Shown here piece after piece: positions 1 to 14,142 of a stretch of DNA of 64,000 nucleotides; the stretch's first letter is position 1; every line of letters starts with the position of its first letter. This DNA comes from Octopus sinensis (lineage: Eukaryota): the NCBI RefSeq assembly GCF_006345805.1, contig NC_043006.1:52886001-52950000 (forward strand), written 5' to 3'. The notes below the pieces were generated by a model. The model was not told where the DNA came from, did not search any database, and saw only the letters and a program-made list of their open reading frames with translations. The position numbers and the translations under genes are program-made.

Positions 1-1068
1 TGTTGTCAGTTGCCAGTGGTTGTCTATTGTCAACGTTTGTTTATGGTCGATGTTAATCGATTGTCAATGTTATTCTTTGTCAGTATCAGTAACTGTCGGT
101 CTATTGACAAAATCTTGACATGATACACAATGTCAATTTATTGGTACATTATCGGTCTATTTCCAATTTTAATGTTGATGTATTGACGTAGTACATTGTG
201 TTCAGACTAAGTCCCACATTCTCTGTGTATTGGCTTATCGTGTAGGATCCTTTCTGTATTCTCTATTCATGTTATGTACTAATAACCACAGCACAACATT
301 CTCTGTACATTCTTTACTACACATTGTGTACATTGTATGGTCCCTTCTACAATGTGTGTGCATTGTTCTGCTGACAGACTGTCAACAGTTACTGTCAATC
401 TAACACACTGCCGGCGGTCGTCTATTGTTAAAGTGTCGGTCTATTGTCAATGTTTATCTATAACCCAAGTCAGTCAATTGATTCTATACTGATATAATAT
501 TGATGTCAAATTCACACAAGAATAGCATTGTCCTTCGTCCCTTTTAGTCGCCGACAACCTGATTATGCAACAGGTTGTACTGGGTTAGGTATTTCAGCAG
601 TACTTTCGAGTGACCCGACATAGATGTATATATACATACGTATGTGTGCGCGAGTGTGTGTGTGGTGGGGAGTAGCGTCAGCGGTTTTAAATCTGCATAT
701 TTAAATCGAAGATTCCATTTTGGTTGAAACTGTAAATTGTGAAATACAGTGAAAATTGATTCCTAAACGTAACGACACAAACATCAAAAATTGGTTCTCG
801 GTACTATTGACTTTTCGCAACTTGTTTATTTTTTTCCTTTACTAGAAATATTACTGCCGATTTTCATCATTCTGTTTACACCAATTCGCACTTTTATCCC
901 CTCCTTTTTTTTTTTTTGCAGAATTTCATGACATACAAAGCTTTTACATATCAGTTTGAAAATGACTGACCTACATGGCACGTCCCACAAATTAGAATGA
1001 CAAAACATTTATTCCCATTTTATACAGATTCTCTTTCCTTTCAGACAAAACTTTCCAAAAATATGTGT

Positions 1069-1120
<52 letters not shown>

Positions 1121-2699
1121 TGTGTGTGTGTACGTATGTATACATATACAATATATCCATATCTATATATATATATAAACATATATATATATATATATAT
1201 ATATGCATACACACATATATATATGCATATGTATGTGTGCGTGTGTGAGTATGTGTGGGTTAGGGTTAGGATCTCATCAGTCGACCTCCCGCAGTGTCCT
1301 TATCATTCAGGTTTATCTCCCTCAACAATTCCTGTTACCCGTTGCAAATTTTCCCTCGAAAGATATAAAACATAGAACTTTTCTTTATCACACATTTCTG
1401 TACCGATCTCGCCCTCCATCTCTTCCTCATACCCATTTTCGTCTTTACCATCCTCCTCCTCCCCTTCCTTATCCTTCTCCTCCTTCATCTGCGGAGCGTA
1501 TTGAAGACACTTTCGATACGATTCCAGTGGGACACACTGATGGATCGTAAATGTGATACGGAACTCTGTCAGTTTCAACGATGAGTATTCAATTGCTCAT
1601 TCAACTGAACTCCCTGCTAATTGAATAATGGTTTAAGTGGTTGTGTATTCCACAGGCACATGTGTCCCAAACGTAAATCTCAGGGGGTATCTTCATAAAA
1701 GAGTCTGACAAGTCTAGATCTTTAGATTAAATATATGAGCCACTAGTTTCCTACGCAGTTTCCATCTGCTCAACCCCACTCACACAGTTTGGGTGGATCC
1801 GTGGCTAGGATATAAAAAAAACCTTGCTCTCTTGGGTGGGATCGAACTTATGACCTCGTGATTGCGAAATGAACTTGTTAACTATTCGAGCATGCTGTGT
1901 ATACATGTCTGGTTGACTTTAGGAGCCGCCCACTTACCGATGTTTTACACTATTCTAATGAACTTGATTGCACTCGACAAATGTTTTATATTTTACTTAC
2001 AATGAATAGATTATAGCTATCAGACTCCCTACCTAGCGAATAACAGACCATCTGTTAACCTAGTCATTTCTATGAGCTTCAGTCAAACACACATCTCTAG
2101 AGTTTTCAACTTCTTTCCTAACTCTAATGCATTCCAAACTTGTCTTCTGTAAAATGATAACTCCCCGGTGGCTTTTCTCAAGAGTTTTGCATTTTCTTTT
2201 TTCTTTCTTTTTCTGTTATCTAACTAGACGCGTTCGTATATGCGATTGCTTTGCTTGTTCTTTACACCTCTTGCATGCCTATACATATGGATTCACACAC
2301 ACACACATACACACATACACACACACACGTATATATGTAATATATATATGCACAGCACACATGCATATATGCGCACACTTACACGCACAGAGTGTGTGTA
2401 TATGTGTCAAATCGTGTAGAAGTGCTTCTGTGCTAAATGTGTTGTTCGTGGCATGTATTATTTATAAATCTGTATAATATCCCGTGTGCGTGCGCACAGT
2501 GCGTTCTAAAACGCTTGAGCTTTTCAAATCTGATATTGACTGTTTATTTTTTAATCTTCAGAAATATCAAGAAATATCAACAATACTTTACACGGCAGAG
2601 TTTCTTAAATGTGACATACAATAATATTTATACGCTATAAATAGTTATACTATAACTGTGTAATACACCACTATGTAATACAACACTGAACAAAAAACT

Positions 2700-3021
2700 A
2701 GCACTCCGTCGAATGCGATGACGTGGGTTTCAGTTGATCCGATCAACGGAACAGCCTGCACGTGAAATCAAAGTGCAAGTGGCTGAGCACTCCACAGACA
2801 CGTGTACCCTTAACACAGTTCTCGGGGGGTTTCAGCGTGACACAAAATGTGACACGGCTGGCGCTTTGAATTACAGGTACAACTTATTTTTTCCAGCTGG
2901 ATGGACAGGAGCAACGTAAAATAAAGCGTCTTGCTCAAGGACAGAACGCGCCGCCGGGAATTAAACTCACGACCTTACGATCGTGAGCCGAATACCCTAA
3001 CCACTAAGCCATGCATCTTCA
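2700..3021 (-). mobile_element. tRNA-derived SINE family C (central V/Meta-like domain)
   Basis: Head tggcttagtggttagggtattcggctc; core ccttgagcaagacgcttt..gttgctcc..ccagctg; related copies at 17333-17652 and 21664-21987. Confidence 0.75.
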
Positions 3022-4585
3022 CAATACAGCACTAATGTGTTGCAAAAAAATTTACAATAAACAATATCGCTACTAAATGCACTGACTTGTTTCGAGATTA
3101 TCTGATCTCTTGTAATTTGTGTTTGTTGAGAGATTTACATATTTGAGGGAGTTGACATTGCATATTTTGAAGCACTTAAATTTACATGCATTAACGGATT
3201 GAGATTTGCTTATGATGATTGAATTTTATACAATACTATAAAACGATTGACACCATATCTAACAAAAATAATCTTCGAGAGCTGCACTTGAGTGGTCGAG
3301 TTGAGAGGATGTCTGACTACCAGCTGGTGAGCTGATGACCCTTAACTTATCACAAGTGATATGAGATACTTGTGGTCAATGCACTCAAATCTTGCTAGCG
3401 TAATGCATTTGGCTGTAACATTTAGGCAGATGCACCCCCAACTGCTGTAAGAAAAGAAACTACTTTATAATTGTTGAAAGAGGCCAACTCAGTTCAGTGA
3501 AGGCAATGGGAAAACATTCCAGGGTAGTCTCCCTTGAAAATCTTATTAACATTACATCTACAGCAGGAGTGGGGAACTCTTCGCTATATCTGCACATACT
3601 TCACGTTCAAATTTGAGACATAACGTTTATAACATAATGTGTTTAACAATATCTAACATGAACGTATAATACCCATCAGAAGCTTATAACTAAGGGACTC
3701 AATATCAATTAATAATATTAATTTCAAAATTTGGTACAAGATGAGCAATTGTGGAGGAAGGTGCAAGTCAATGTCATCGATCCCAGTGCTAAGGTCGACC
3801 CCGGTGGCATTTGACTTCAGAACATAAAGTCAGAAGAAATCCCGCTAAGCATTTTAACAGGTACTGTTAAGCAGCTCGACGCTTGTTAAAAAAAATAATT
3901 AATACTGGTAAAGGATAGTGACAGAAAACCATCAGCACCTAAATTTTCTATAAGCTACACCTCATCCGCTCTTAAGACCGTGTAAAAGAAATCTTTAAGT
4001 CTTCGATGCTTTACAATATTTAGTCTTATACTGTATGTTCTGCGTTGAAATTCATGCAAAAATTGTCAACATTTGTCAGCAACCAATACGACATTCATCA
4101 GTTTTGTATTAGGATCATTACAGCAGCACCACCACCTTCTTTACAAATATTGACATTGGCGTATTAAAGGCTATTTTCTTGATGGCCTTGCCCTTCAAGG
4201 GGATTGGCAGAATCGGTGGAGTATCGGACAAACTGATTCTCGGTTATCTAATGATGAACCTTTATGTTTTGAGTTTGAAACTGGCCGACATCTGCTTAGT
4301 CTTTCATCATCAGAAGTTCATAGAATAAGTACCAGCCACCTCCTGGGCTCAACTTCACTCCTCTCAAAAGTTAATTGTTCTCCCTACTTCCAGCAAAAAT
4401 ATGTTAACTTCAACATATATGACAAATCAGTGTCTTGACGACGGGATGCATTTTAAGTTCGAATCTCGCCGAAGTCTACATTAAAGCATGAAATGCTGAG
4501 GTCGAACTAATTATTTATATTCCAACACTAAATTAAGAATTATTATATACAATCACATATAAGACACTTCAGACGTTGCTATACG

Positions 4586-4990
4586 TGCAGGCATAGGTGT
4601 GTAGGTAAAATGATCGCTTTGCAACTACGTGGTTTCAGCTTCAGTCTCACTGCGCAGCACTTTGGGTGACTCTTCTACTATTGATCTAGGCCGGCCAATG
4701 TCTTGCGAGTGAATTTGGTAGACGGAAACTGTGTGGAAGCCCGTCATATATATATATGTGTGTGTGTTTGTGTGCGTGTGTTTGTGTTTGGTGCCCAAAT
4801 ACACTGTTTGACAACTGGTGTTGGTTTGTTTATGTCCCCGAAGATTTGCATTTCGGCAATAGACCCGATAGAATAAGTACCAGATTTTTAAAAATAAGTA
4901 CTGTGCCCAACATGTTTGACTAGACGCTTCAAGAAGGTTCCCCGGTATAACTGCAGTCCAATGACTGAAACAAGTAAAAGATAAAAGAAC
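4586..4990 (+). mobile_element. SINE family A, diverged copy
   Basis: Same head, body and tail as 12646-13113. Confidence 0.75.
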
Positions 4991-5317
4991 ATATGAATTT
5001 ACGCCAAATATGTGCCACATGTACCGGGAGAAAGTGATCTGAGAGGCACACATACATCGTGAAGAATATGGTAATATGTCAATGATGCAAATCATATTTG
5101 TAGTTGGACCAAATGCTTGTAGTCATGCGTCTGCTAAATCAGATATCATTAAATCAGCAACGGCAACATCAACAATAATATACGTAAAACAAAATCACCT
5201 TTACCCATGCATAAAAACATTTTTGTTTTTAGCCTACGAAACCTATATAAAGTCAACGGAAACAAATGAAATCACATGTTTTGTTTAATGAGGTATGTCA
5301 CTTTGTAATTTTAAAAA

Positions 5318-5602
5318 ATGGCGCGAAAGAAAGCTTTCACACCATCTGGTAGAAAAGCAAAAAAATCAAATGAAACACAAACATCAACATCGAGACAAAT
5401 CATCGAGAATCCTTCCACACAATCAGTCAATCAGCTGGAAATAAACAGTAGCGTAATCTCCCCCAAATCATCAAATCCCACCATACTTTCCAAAAAAAAA
5501 AATGGTATAGTTCTTGGACACACAAAAAGACGGCATAATCACGCCTGGATGGCCTTTGATTATAAAATGCGTACCGGCCCGATCACCGCTCACCTGCGTT
5601 AA
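5318..5602 (+). mobile_element. Possible DNA-transposon N-terminal ORF remnant (degenerate BED-like)
   Basis: 94-aa ORF with basic N-terminus, HAWMAF and TAHLR; the CxxC is absent. Confidence 0.25.
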
Positions 5603-6257
5603 CATCTACAGAAAGACAAGAAATCAATTACCTATATTTCAAAGCTGAGATTGATGGATCGATTGACCCTTCCCCTTCCTCCTCCTGCTATCTTCGTGCT
5701 TACATCACTGCTAGAAGTTTTAAGAGCGTTGGAAAAAAGTTCTTTGCCGCATTTGTTCTGACTCTTTGCATTCCGAGTTCAATTCCAACCAAGGTCAACT
5801 TTACCTTTCATTTCTCAAGTGTTATACTAGATTAGATGACATCGGCTAATACATAAATGTCACAACATCACATTGCCTTCTTATAATTATATCGACTTTC
5901 TTAGTACGTTGTCATCGGCTCCTTAACTACATTTATTTTGTTCCTACTCTGCTTCACGCTAGTTAATTTTTTCAAACTAGAGTTAAGCTCTCGGAACATC
6001 GAACAACAACCAACAAGGCTTCTATCCTTTGTTCTAGCCATTTCACTTTACACAGGTATTCGATCTCTTATTTTTATGTTTTACTTATTTCAGTCATTTT
6101 ACTATAACTATACTGATGAACCGCCTGAAAAATTTTGGTCAAACAAATCGACCCCAGTACTTATTTTTTTTAGGTAGGAAACTTATTCTATTGGGTTATT
6201 TGCCGAACCGCCCCATAACCCAACATTAACCTGGCTAGGCTTTAAAAGGGCGCATTT

Positions 6258-6570
6258 GTGGAGGTACATGGCCTAGTGGTTAGAGCAGTGGACTCACGGT
6301 CGAGGGATCATGGATTCGAATCTCAGACCGGGCGATGCATGTGTTTATGAGCGAAACACCAAAGCTCCACGCGGCTCCGGCAGAAGGTAATGGCGAACTT
6401 CTGCTGACTCTTTCGCCACAACTTTCTCTCGTTCTTTCCTCCTACATCTTGCAGTTCACCTGCGACGGACCGGCGTATCGTCCAGGTGGGGAACCTATAC
6501 GCCAAAGAAACCGGAAAACCGGCCCTTATGAGCCAGGCGTGGCTCGAGAAGGAACAAACAAGTGTTAAAG
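6258..6570 (+). mobile_element. tRNA-derived SINE family D
   Basis: A box tggcctagtgg, B box ggattcgaatc; related copy at 55615-55930. Confidence 0.72.
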
Positions 6571-6859
6571 CAAGCAGCTGGAAAAAAAGATTTGTAGACA
6601 AAATATCGTGATTACTTTTCTGAAAACCTGCAGGATAATTATAAAATTCATCATGTAATTATTTACTATTGTTCACACCTAAGATACAGCAATGATGATT
6701 CGCGCCGTGTATCAAACTGCCGGCATCATGATTGCTGCTACATGTTCTGTAAACACTGAAAATATTGCAAAATGTGACATAGACAGCTGTAACGGAGACT
6801 AGAAGGGATACAGTATGCATTGCAACTGCGCTTGCACGCCGGAATTTATCCCAACATCT

Positions 6860-7368
6860 TTGAACGGGGTCTTAAACTCAATTCAGACGGTTGTGAGGCA
6901 GCTGGAGACTGTGGTCAATCTCAGTCTGGAGAGGGTTGCCATATGTGTAACAGCAGGATTCGACTTCTTGTCATAGCTCCAGGAAGTGACAGATGTGATT
7001 CTAGGAGAATCTGTAATGCTTCACCAGCCCCAATTTCTGGCCTCCTAATTTCCCCCAATTGAAATTCCATGAATTACTATGTGTGAGGTACGGTTGAGAA
7101 AATCACGAACCGCACTGCTACCAACACCAATGCCGAGCTGGTGGCTAAGATCAAGGAGGTGTTCGAAGATCTTCCCGGGGACATAGTGAGGAAAACATGC
7201 AGCAGGCTCTTGAGACGTCTTGAGACCGTCGTTGAAGCCGAGGGAGGTTACTTTGATTAATCTGTTATCTCACAGTCATAAGCTAATGGACATCTTTTTG
7301 GTTTTTTTAAAAGTACTTTCATTTTTGGATGGGATATACAAACAGTCAAATTTAGTCCTAATACACTG
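6860..7368 (+). mobile_element. Decayed Tc1/mariner (maT/DD37D-like) 3' fragment
   Basis: QQDSTSCH..FTSPNFWPPN..MNYYV*GTVEK..VVEAEGGYFD*; ends tttagtcctaatacactg|TA. Confidence 0.7.
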
Positions 7369-7454
7369 TATACATACATATGGATATACATACATTCATG
7401 AATACATGCATACATAGATGCATGCATACCTACATACATACACACACAGTAAGG

Positions 7455-7735
<281 letters not shown>

Positions 7736-8378
7736 CACGTTTCGGTTGAAATAGATGATCTGATAAAAATGTTCTTTCAATGCTTATAAACAAGGTGGAG
7801 AGGTACAATCAGCAGTCAGGAAGAGGCTTGATAATTTGTTCTAAGATTCGCCGGTCCTCCGGTTTCTTAATCAGTTTGAGTCTCCCTTACGTCACTACAA
7901 GTATACTGTCTAAAGAAATGCTAATCCGTTACAATTATGTATCAGTGCCGCTGCATGGGTTTCCATCAGAACACAGAAACAGATACCACAAGGTATCGCG
8001 TCGGACTCTCTAACAATTCAGTTCACTGCCCTAAAATTGTACATTGCCTTTTATCTTTTCGTGGTCGATGCATTAAGTACCAGGGCACTGGGCTCCATGT
8101 AATCGACTACAACAAAAAGAATATCGGCCTTCTGTCAATACTTTTCGCTCTACGCCATATCGCCGGGGACGTCGACTCCAACTCGAGAGTACCGTATGTC
8201 TTTCATAGGAGTTTTCGTGACTACGGTATTGGATCAGCTGCACGGCTTTGCTAGCCCAAGTGCGGAAGGATTCCAGGAGATATCACTCGTGCGGATGGCA
8301 TGTGTCTCACAAATAGCTCAAAAGTCTTTTGACAGGTCTTGTTTTAGCTTTTCAGAGTGTGCATAACACCCTCCTCAC

Positions 8379-8439
8379 CTGCGAGGCAAGTGGAGGAGCC
8401 GGTTTAGTCGCCGAACATCTGTCCATGTAACAGGTAGCA
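8379..8439 (-). CDS. Candidate 61-nt coding exon
   Basis: Pyrimidine-rich ..ttctttgtaacccag| acceptor and CAG|gtgagg donor; open frames LPVTWTDVRRLNRLLHLPR or ATCYMDRCSATKPAPPLASQ. Confidence 0.28.
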
Positions 8440-8945
8440 CTGGGTTACAAAGAACCAGTAGCAGAATAATAGAAAGGACTATATGAAGACGTAAGGTCGG
8501 CGAAGTGGTAAAACTCTGAGAGAGTCGGGGAAGACGCTTTTGCAATATTTCTGCCGGCTCTTTACGTTTGGACGTTAAAATCCCACCGCGGCCAAATTTG
8601 CTGTTCATCCTTTTGGAATAATCAACACAAAATACCAATCAAGTACTGGAGTAGATTGTATCAACTTACCTCCACTCCAAAATCACTGGTTTTGTTCCTA
8701 AATTAGAAACAATTATTACACGTTTATATGTATTTGTAACTATTCACAATAAGGATTTTGAACATAGGCATAAGCCAGAAATTACATTAAACCTAGTGCT
8801 TGACCGGTACAAATTTTATCGTGGCAAGATGAATGAAATGCAAAGTTTTTTAATTTAGAATACAAAGGGCTGTAACTAAAGAATATGAAATATATATATA
8901 ATATAATATAAAAATAACATATTTTATATATGAATATATATATAT

Positions 8946-8994
<49 letters not shown>

Positions 8995-9200
8995 ACGATT
9001 CTGCTTACCCATAGCGATACAGGTAACCAGCTGTTAGCACTCAATATAAATATGCTCCAAAGTAAAGTTCATGGTGAGTATAGAGCATAATATGAAATTA
9101 AAGATGTGGCAAGGAAACAGGAATTACGTAATCAACTACAGCAGGTTACACGTGCTTCTGCTATTATATTCAGGGCACACTTTTCAGACCCTGCCTCTCC

Positions 9201-9241
<41 letters not shown>

Positions 9242-9874
9242 CATGCATGCATGCACGCATGTGTGTATGTATGTATGTATGTATGCATGTATGTATGTAT
9301 GTATGTATGTATGTATGTATGCATATATATGCATAATACTTTTGGTTCTCAAGTTACCCGCCGCCAAATTTTCAGTAATTTTGTAATCTGCATTTTTACT
9401 GCTGAGATCCGAGTTGATGCACAGCAGATTACCGGCAAAGAGTTTGCAGTATAGAAATATTCTCTCCTGTGACTGCATGGAGACATGGACACAGCTCTGA
9501 TACGTTGACACATATTCTCTCTCTCTCTCCCCACAAAGCACCAAATTTACAGCAGCGAAACCACCTGCCAGATTATCTGAATCAAGAACTCATATAGAGA
9601 TGTGCGTGTATAGACAGGTAAATAGATACATATAGGAACAAGCGAGCGAGAGAGGTGAGATAGGTAACGTAAGCATAGTGGAACACACAGCGACATATAG
9701 ATATGTATAACAATATATGTGTGTGTGTGTGTGTGTTTGTGTGTGTTTGTGTGTGTGCGTGTGTGTTTGTGCGTGTGTGGAGAGAGAGAGAGAGAGAGAA
9801 AGAAATAGAAACAGAAAGAGACAGAGACAGACAGACAGACAGACAAATAGACAGACAGAGACAGAAAGAAAGAA

Positions 9875-9910
<36 letters not shown>

Positions 9911-10041
9911 AGAAAGAAGAAGAAAGAAAGAAAGAAAGATAGAGAAAAGAGATCCAGACAGACAGAGACAGAAAGGGGTGATCACTATATGTATATGTCT
10001 ATGTCTATATATAGATATATATATATATATTACTATATGTA

Positions 10042-10102
<61 letters not shown>

Positions 10103-10988
10103 ATATAATATAATATAATATAATATAATATAACATTATATAATATAATACAAACACGCACACAAGTAGCGGCAAATTGGCGGACTCGTTATAGCAGGTA
10201 GCATACCTTACGCTATTTGTTCCGGCTTTCAGCGTCCTGATGGTAACACGTAGAACGACACTAGCGCAAAAAAGCACCGGACTTGCTTCTTCCTTGATCA
10301 ACATTGGTGACATAGAGAAGGCATACATGCGTGGTTAGCAACTGATGTTTGAAACCAGAAATCTTTTTTCCAAGCCGGTTCCTTGGAGAAGAACTTCCCA
10401 GACACATATACTCAAGCTATATTCAAGCCGCCTATAGCAGACGACAAATATATGCATATATGTATATGCATATGTTCGTATTCACATATATATACATATA
10501 TATGTGGGTACTTGTTATAATATACTTATGTTAGCACCTATTTATACATTAGCATATATATATCGAAGCAGAAGATCCGTTTCTACTCTGAGTTTTTCGT
10601 ACCTTAACAATTCTAAATATACGAAGAATAGGGTGGGTTATGTTGTCTGCTTCTGGAAATAATGGCCATAGTTGAAATGTCTGTAATCGTTATGGTCTGC
10701 TATATCAAAGTTGCTCCTGGAATAAAGAACAACAACAACAGCAACAACACCTAAGAAACATTCTTTTAGTGCACGCAGGGCGTCTCTGTATCAAAGTTAC
10801 AAATCAATGTTTTACAGCACTAAGTAAACGACGCTATAGTAAACTAGTGCTACCTTTCTTCATTTTTCAGAATATCTGCTGCAACATAAAAAAGCAAATT
10901 AGAAAGATAAACTTTGCTGAATTCGAAAGTGTGGAGAAGTGAAAGATAAGGAAAAGAAGCAAAAACTATAAAAGAAAAGTAATCTTAC

Positions 10989-11169
10989 TGCCGAGGTAAA
11001 TCAGTGTGTTGAATACCATATTCCACTGCTAACGGCTGAAAGTAGAAATGTGTGAGAAATACGGCTGGACCACTACTATTATATGCTGTAGAGGTAGGTG
11101 TTTCGGTGGGCAAGTCCCTAAACTGAGCTGCTTGATAGTGCACTCCGAAAGTAGGTGTATCAGAACCCC
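10989..11169 (-). CDS. Candidate internal coding exon of an unidentified host gene
   Basis: ttgctttgttag| acceptor and |gtaaga donor; open frame GSDTPTFGVHYQAAQFRDLPTE..FLTHFYFQPLAVEYGIQHTDLPR. Confidence 0.35.
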
Positions 11170-11372
11170 CTAACAAAGCAACCAGTGTAACAACGCAAAG
11201 GGGTGGTCACTAGCATCGCATTACGTTTAATATCTGAAACTAAAAACCTGTAGAGGGATGTGCACAAAATCATAGTTGTCTGCTTTGATCTTTCTTTCTT
11301 TCCTTCTTTCTTTCTTACTTTCTCTCTCTCTCTCTCTCTCCTCTCTCCCTCTCTCGGCCTACTTCCTTCACT

Positions 11373-11411
<39 letters not shown>

Positions 11412-11836
11412 TCTTTTACACTCCCAGCCGGTCTGACTTTCTTTAAGACATACATATGTATTCATCTATATAAACACATGTGTGTTTATATATGTGTATA
11501 CAACGGCTTATATGGTTGTTGATGTATGCATGTATGGATGTATGTATGTGTCTTTGCATGTTTTTATATATGTATGCCTCTATATATTCATGTATGAATT
11601 GAAGATGGTTTGAAGTCGTGTAAGTGAATAAAAAAAGTGTCAATGATTTCAATTGAATAATAAATACAAACATTTCTAAGTGCAGCTTTATGAATTTTAC
11701 TATATGTATATATATATAAACACACACACACACTCTCTCTCTCTCTCTCTCTTACACACACATACACACCACAATCACACACACGCATGCTCACACACAC
11801 ATGCATATATATATATATATGTGTTATATATATATA

Positions 11837-11899
<63 letters not shown>

Positions 11900-12305
11900 T
11901 ATATACATATATATACATATATATACCCCACTCATGTGCACACAGACACACAGATACACACTCAAACAGGAACTTACAGAAGCACATATACACATATTCC
12001 TAGAAATCGAATATTGCTTAGTTTTGCTGGTTTCTGTGAAACCAGTTAAGAAAAACCCACAGGAAGAGGTGGGAAATGGATAGAATAGTCCCAACCCAAA
12101 ATACATTTGATATTAGAACTGTATTGACCAATAGACGAAAAAAATATTCTTGAAACAGTCAATTGCTTATTAAGAAAACACACAGACGCACACATACACA
12201 CATACAGATGCGTGCATATACATGAACATATACACATATAGATGCATACATATATACATATACATACATATTTATATACAGATATATATATATATATACA
12301 CACAC

Positions 12306-12337
<32 letters not shown>

Positions 12338-12545
12338 CCTGTTTGTGTCTGCCTTCCAATTGCTGTTTTTACTGAGATCTCCCTTTTTAGTAGAAGAAAT
12401 AGCTATAACTCTTTGACTGCTATTTCTAAATTCGGTAGTGGTAAGGCAATTCGTTGCTAAACCCTTTATTGCTTAGTATATATATATATATATATATACA
12501 CACACATATATATATAATATATATATATATATACACACACACATA

Positions 12546-12625
<80 letters not shown>

Positions 12626-12645
12626 TGATTATGTACATAAAATAT

Positions 12646-12823
12646 GTAGGAGTGGCTGTGTGGTAAGTAGCTTGCTTACCAACCACATGGTTCTGGGTTC
12701 AGTCCCACTACGTGGCACCTGGGCAAGTGACTTCTACTATAAGTCTCGGGCCGACCAAAGCCTTGTGAGTGGATTTGGTAGACGGAAACTAAAAGAAGCC
12801 TGTTGTATATATGTATATATATA

Positions 12824-12873
<50 letters not shown>

Positions 12874-13113
12874 GTGTGTGTGTGCCTGTATATGTTTGTT
12901 TTCCTGTGTTTCTCCCCCCAACATCGCTTGACAACCGATGGTGGTGTGTTTACGTCCCCCGTAACATAGCGGTTCGGTAAAAGAGACCGATAGAATAAGT
13001 ACTAAGCTTACAAAGAATAAGTCGTGGTGTCAATTTGCTCGATTAAAGGCGGTGCTCCAGCATGGCCACAGTCAAATAACTGAAACAAGTAAAATATTAA
13101 AAGAGTAAAAGAG
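12646..13113 (+). mobile_element. tRNA-derived SINE family A (internal TA/TG microsatellite)
   Basis: A-box-like tggctgtgtggt, B-box-like ggttcagtccc, tail ggcggtgctccagcatggcc..ctgaaacaagtaaaa. Confidence 0.85.
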
Positions 13114-13164
13114 TTATACATACATATATGTGTGTGTGTACGTGTATGTACAGCTTTATGAATT

Positions 13165-13209
<45 letters not shown>

Positions 13210-13497
13210 AACATGCATGCATATGCATATATATACAAATAGATATACATGCAAACTTTAAACATAACATATGTATGTGGGACTGACTGAGTATTCGACG
13301 ACGGAATTCTATGGGATCGAACCATAGACCTCCTAATTATGAAGTAGACTTCTTAACCAAATCGGCCACGCTTGCGTTCACATATATACAATGCGCATAC
13401 TTAAAATGCATGCATTGATACACTTAAATACACACATATTTACATACATATGTGTGTGTGTATGAATATATATATATATATGTATATACTAATATAC

Positions 13498-13708
13498 TGA
13501 GTGTGCGTGTGTATAAGTGCCTATGTATATATTTATGCATGCATATATTATGTATGTGTACATATATATATATCTATATGTCTACACACACAAACATATA
13601 TATATATATGTTTGTGTGTGTAGATATATAGATATATAGATATATATACGCATACATATATATGCATGCATAAATATATACATAGGCACTTATACACACG
13701 CACACTCA
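13498..13708. repeat. ~210-bp near-perfect foldback palindrome centred on (AT)n
   Basis: tgagtgtgcgtgtgtataagtgcctatg.. mirrored by ..cataggcacttatacacacgcacactca; centre ~13603. Confidence 0.88.
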
Positions 13709-13959
13709 TCTACATTAACTTCTCCTCCTAAAGCGTCCAGTTAATAAATCAAGAAAATATTATGTTTTTAGTGGTTAATGTTTCGTCTAGTGGGCGGGAT
13801 TATTCCTCTTTTGGCAGTCTTGTCCAAAATCTTCTCTTATTAATGTCAAAATGATATTATCTTTGTACATGTGCATTCAGTTTCACGGATAAGTAAGGAA
13901 TAAGTTTAATACGTGTCAACTACTGCTGTGGCAGCTTTTTTTTTTATTTACTTCTGTGA

Positions 13960-13996
<37 letters not shown>

Positions 13997-14106
13997 CATA
14001 CATATATATACGTGTGTGCGTGTATATGTGTATGTCTGTATGTATATATGCATGTATATATATATATTTAAAACTTAGTAAACCCACTCCTAGTCAGTTC
14101 ATCATT

Positions 14107-14142
<36 letters not shown>

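Noticed and set aside
1256-1270. Telomere-like ttagggttagg
   Set aside because: Fewer than two full units; compatible with chance.
6114-6135. ctgatgaaccgcctgaaa
   Set aside because: Core words are present but there is no stem II or stem III pairing.
6258-6330. tRNA-like heads here and in other SINE copies
   Set aside because: A and B boxes are present, but no convincing cloverleaf was found and each continues into a repeated SINE body, so they are not called tRNA genes.
7780-8366. Long semi-open frames on both strands
   Set aside because: Stop density in the extended minus frame is about random, and no motifs or good splice pairs were found.
10199-10331. Plus-strand DIEKAYM resembling a non-LTR RT motif
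   Set aside because: No flanking RT motifs were found at the expected spacing.
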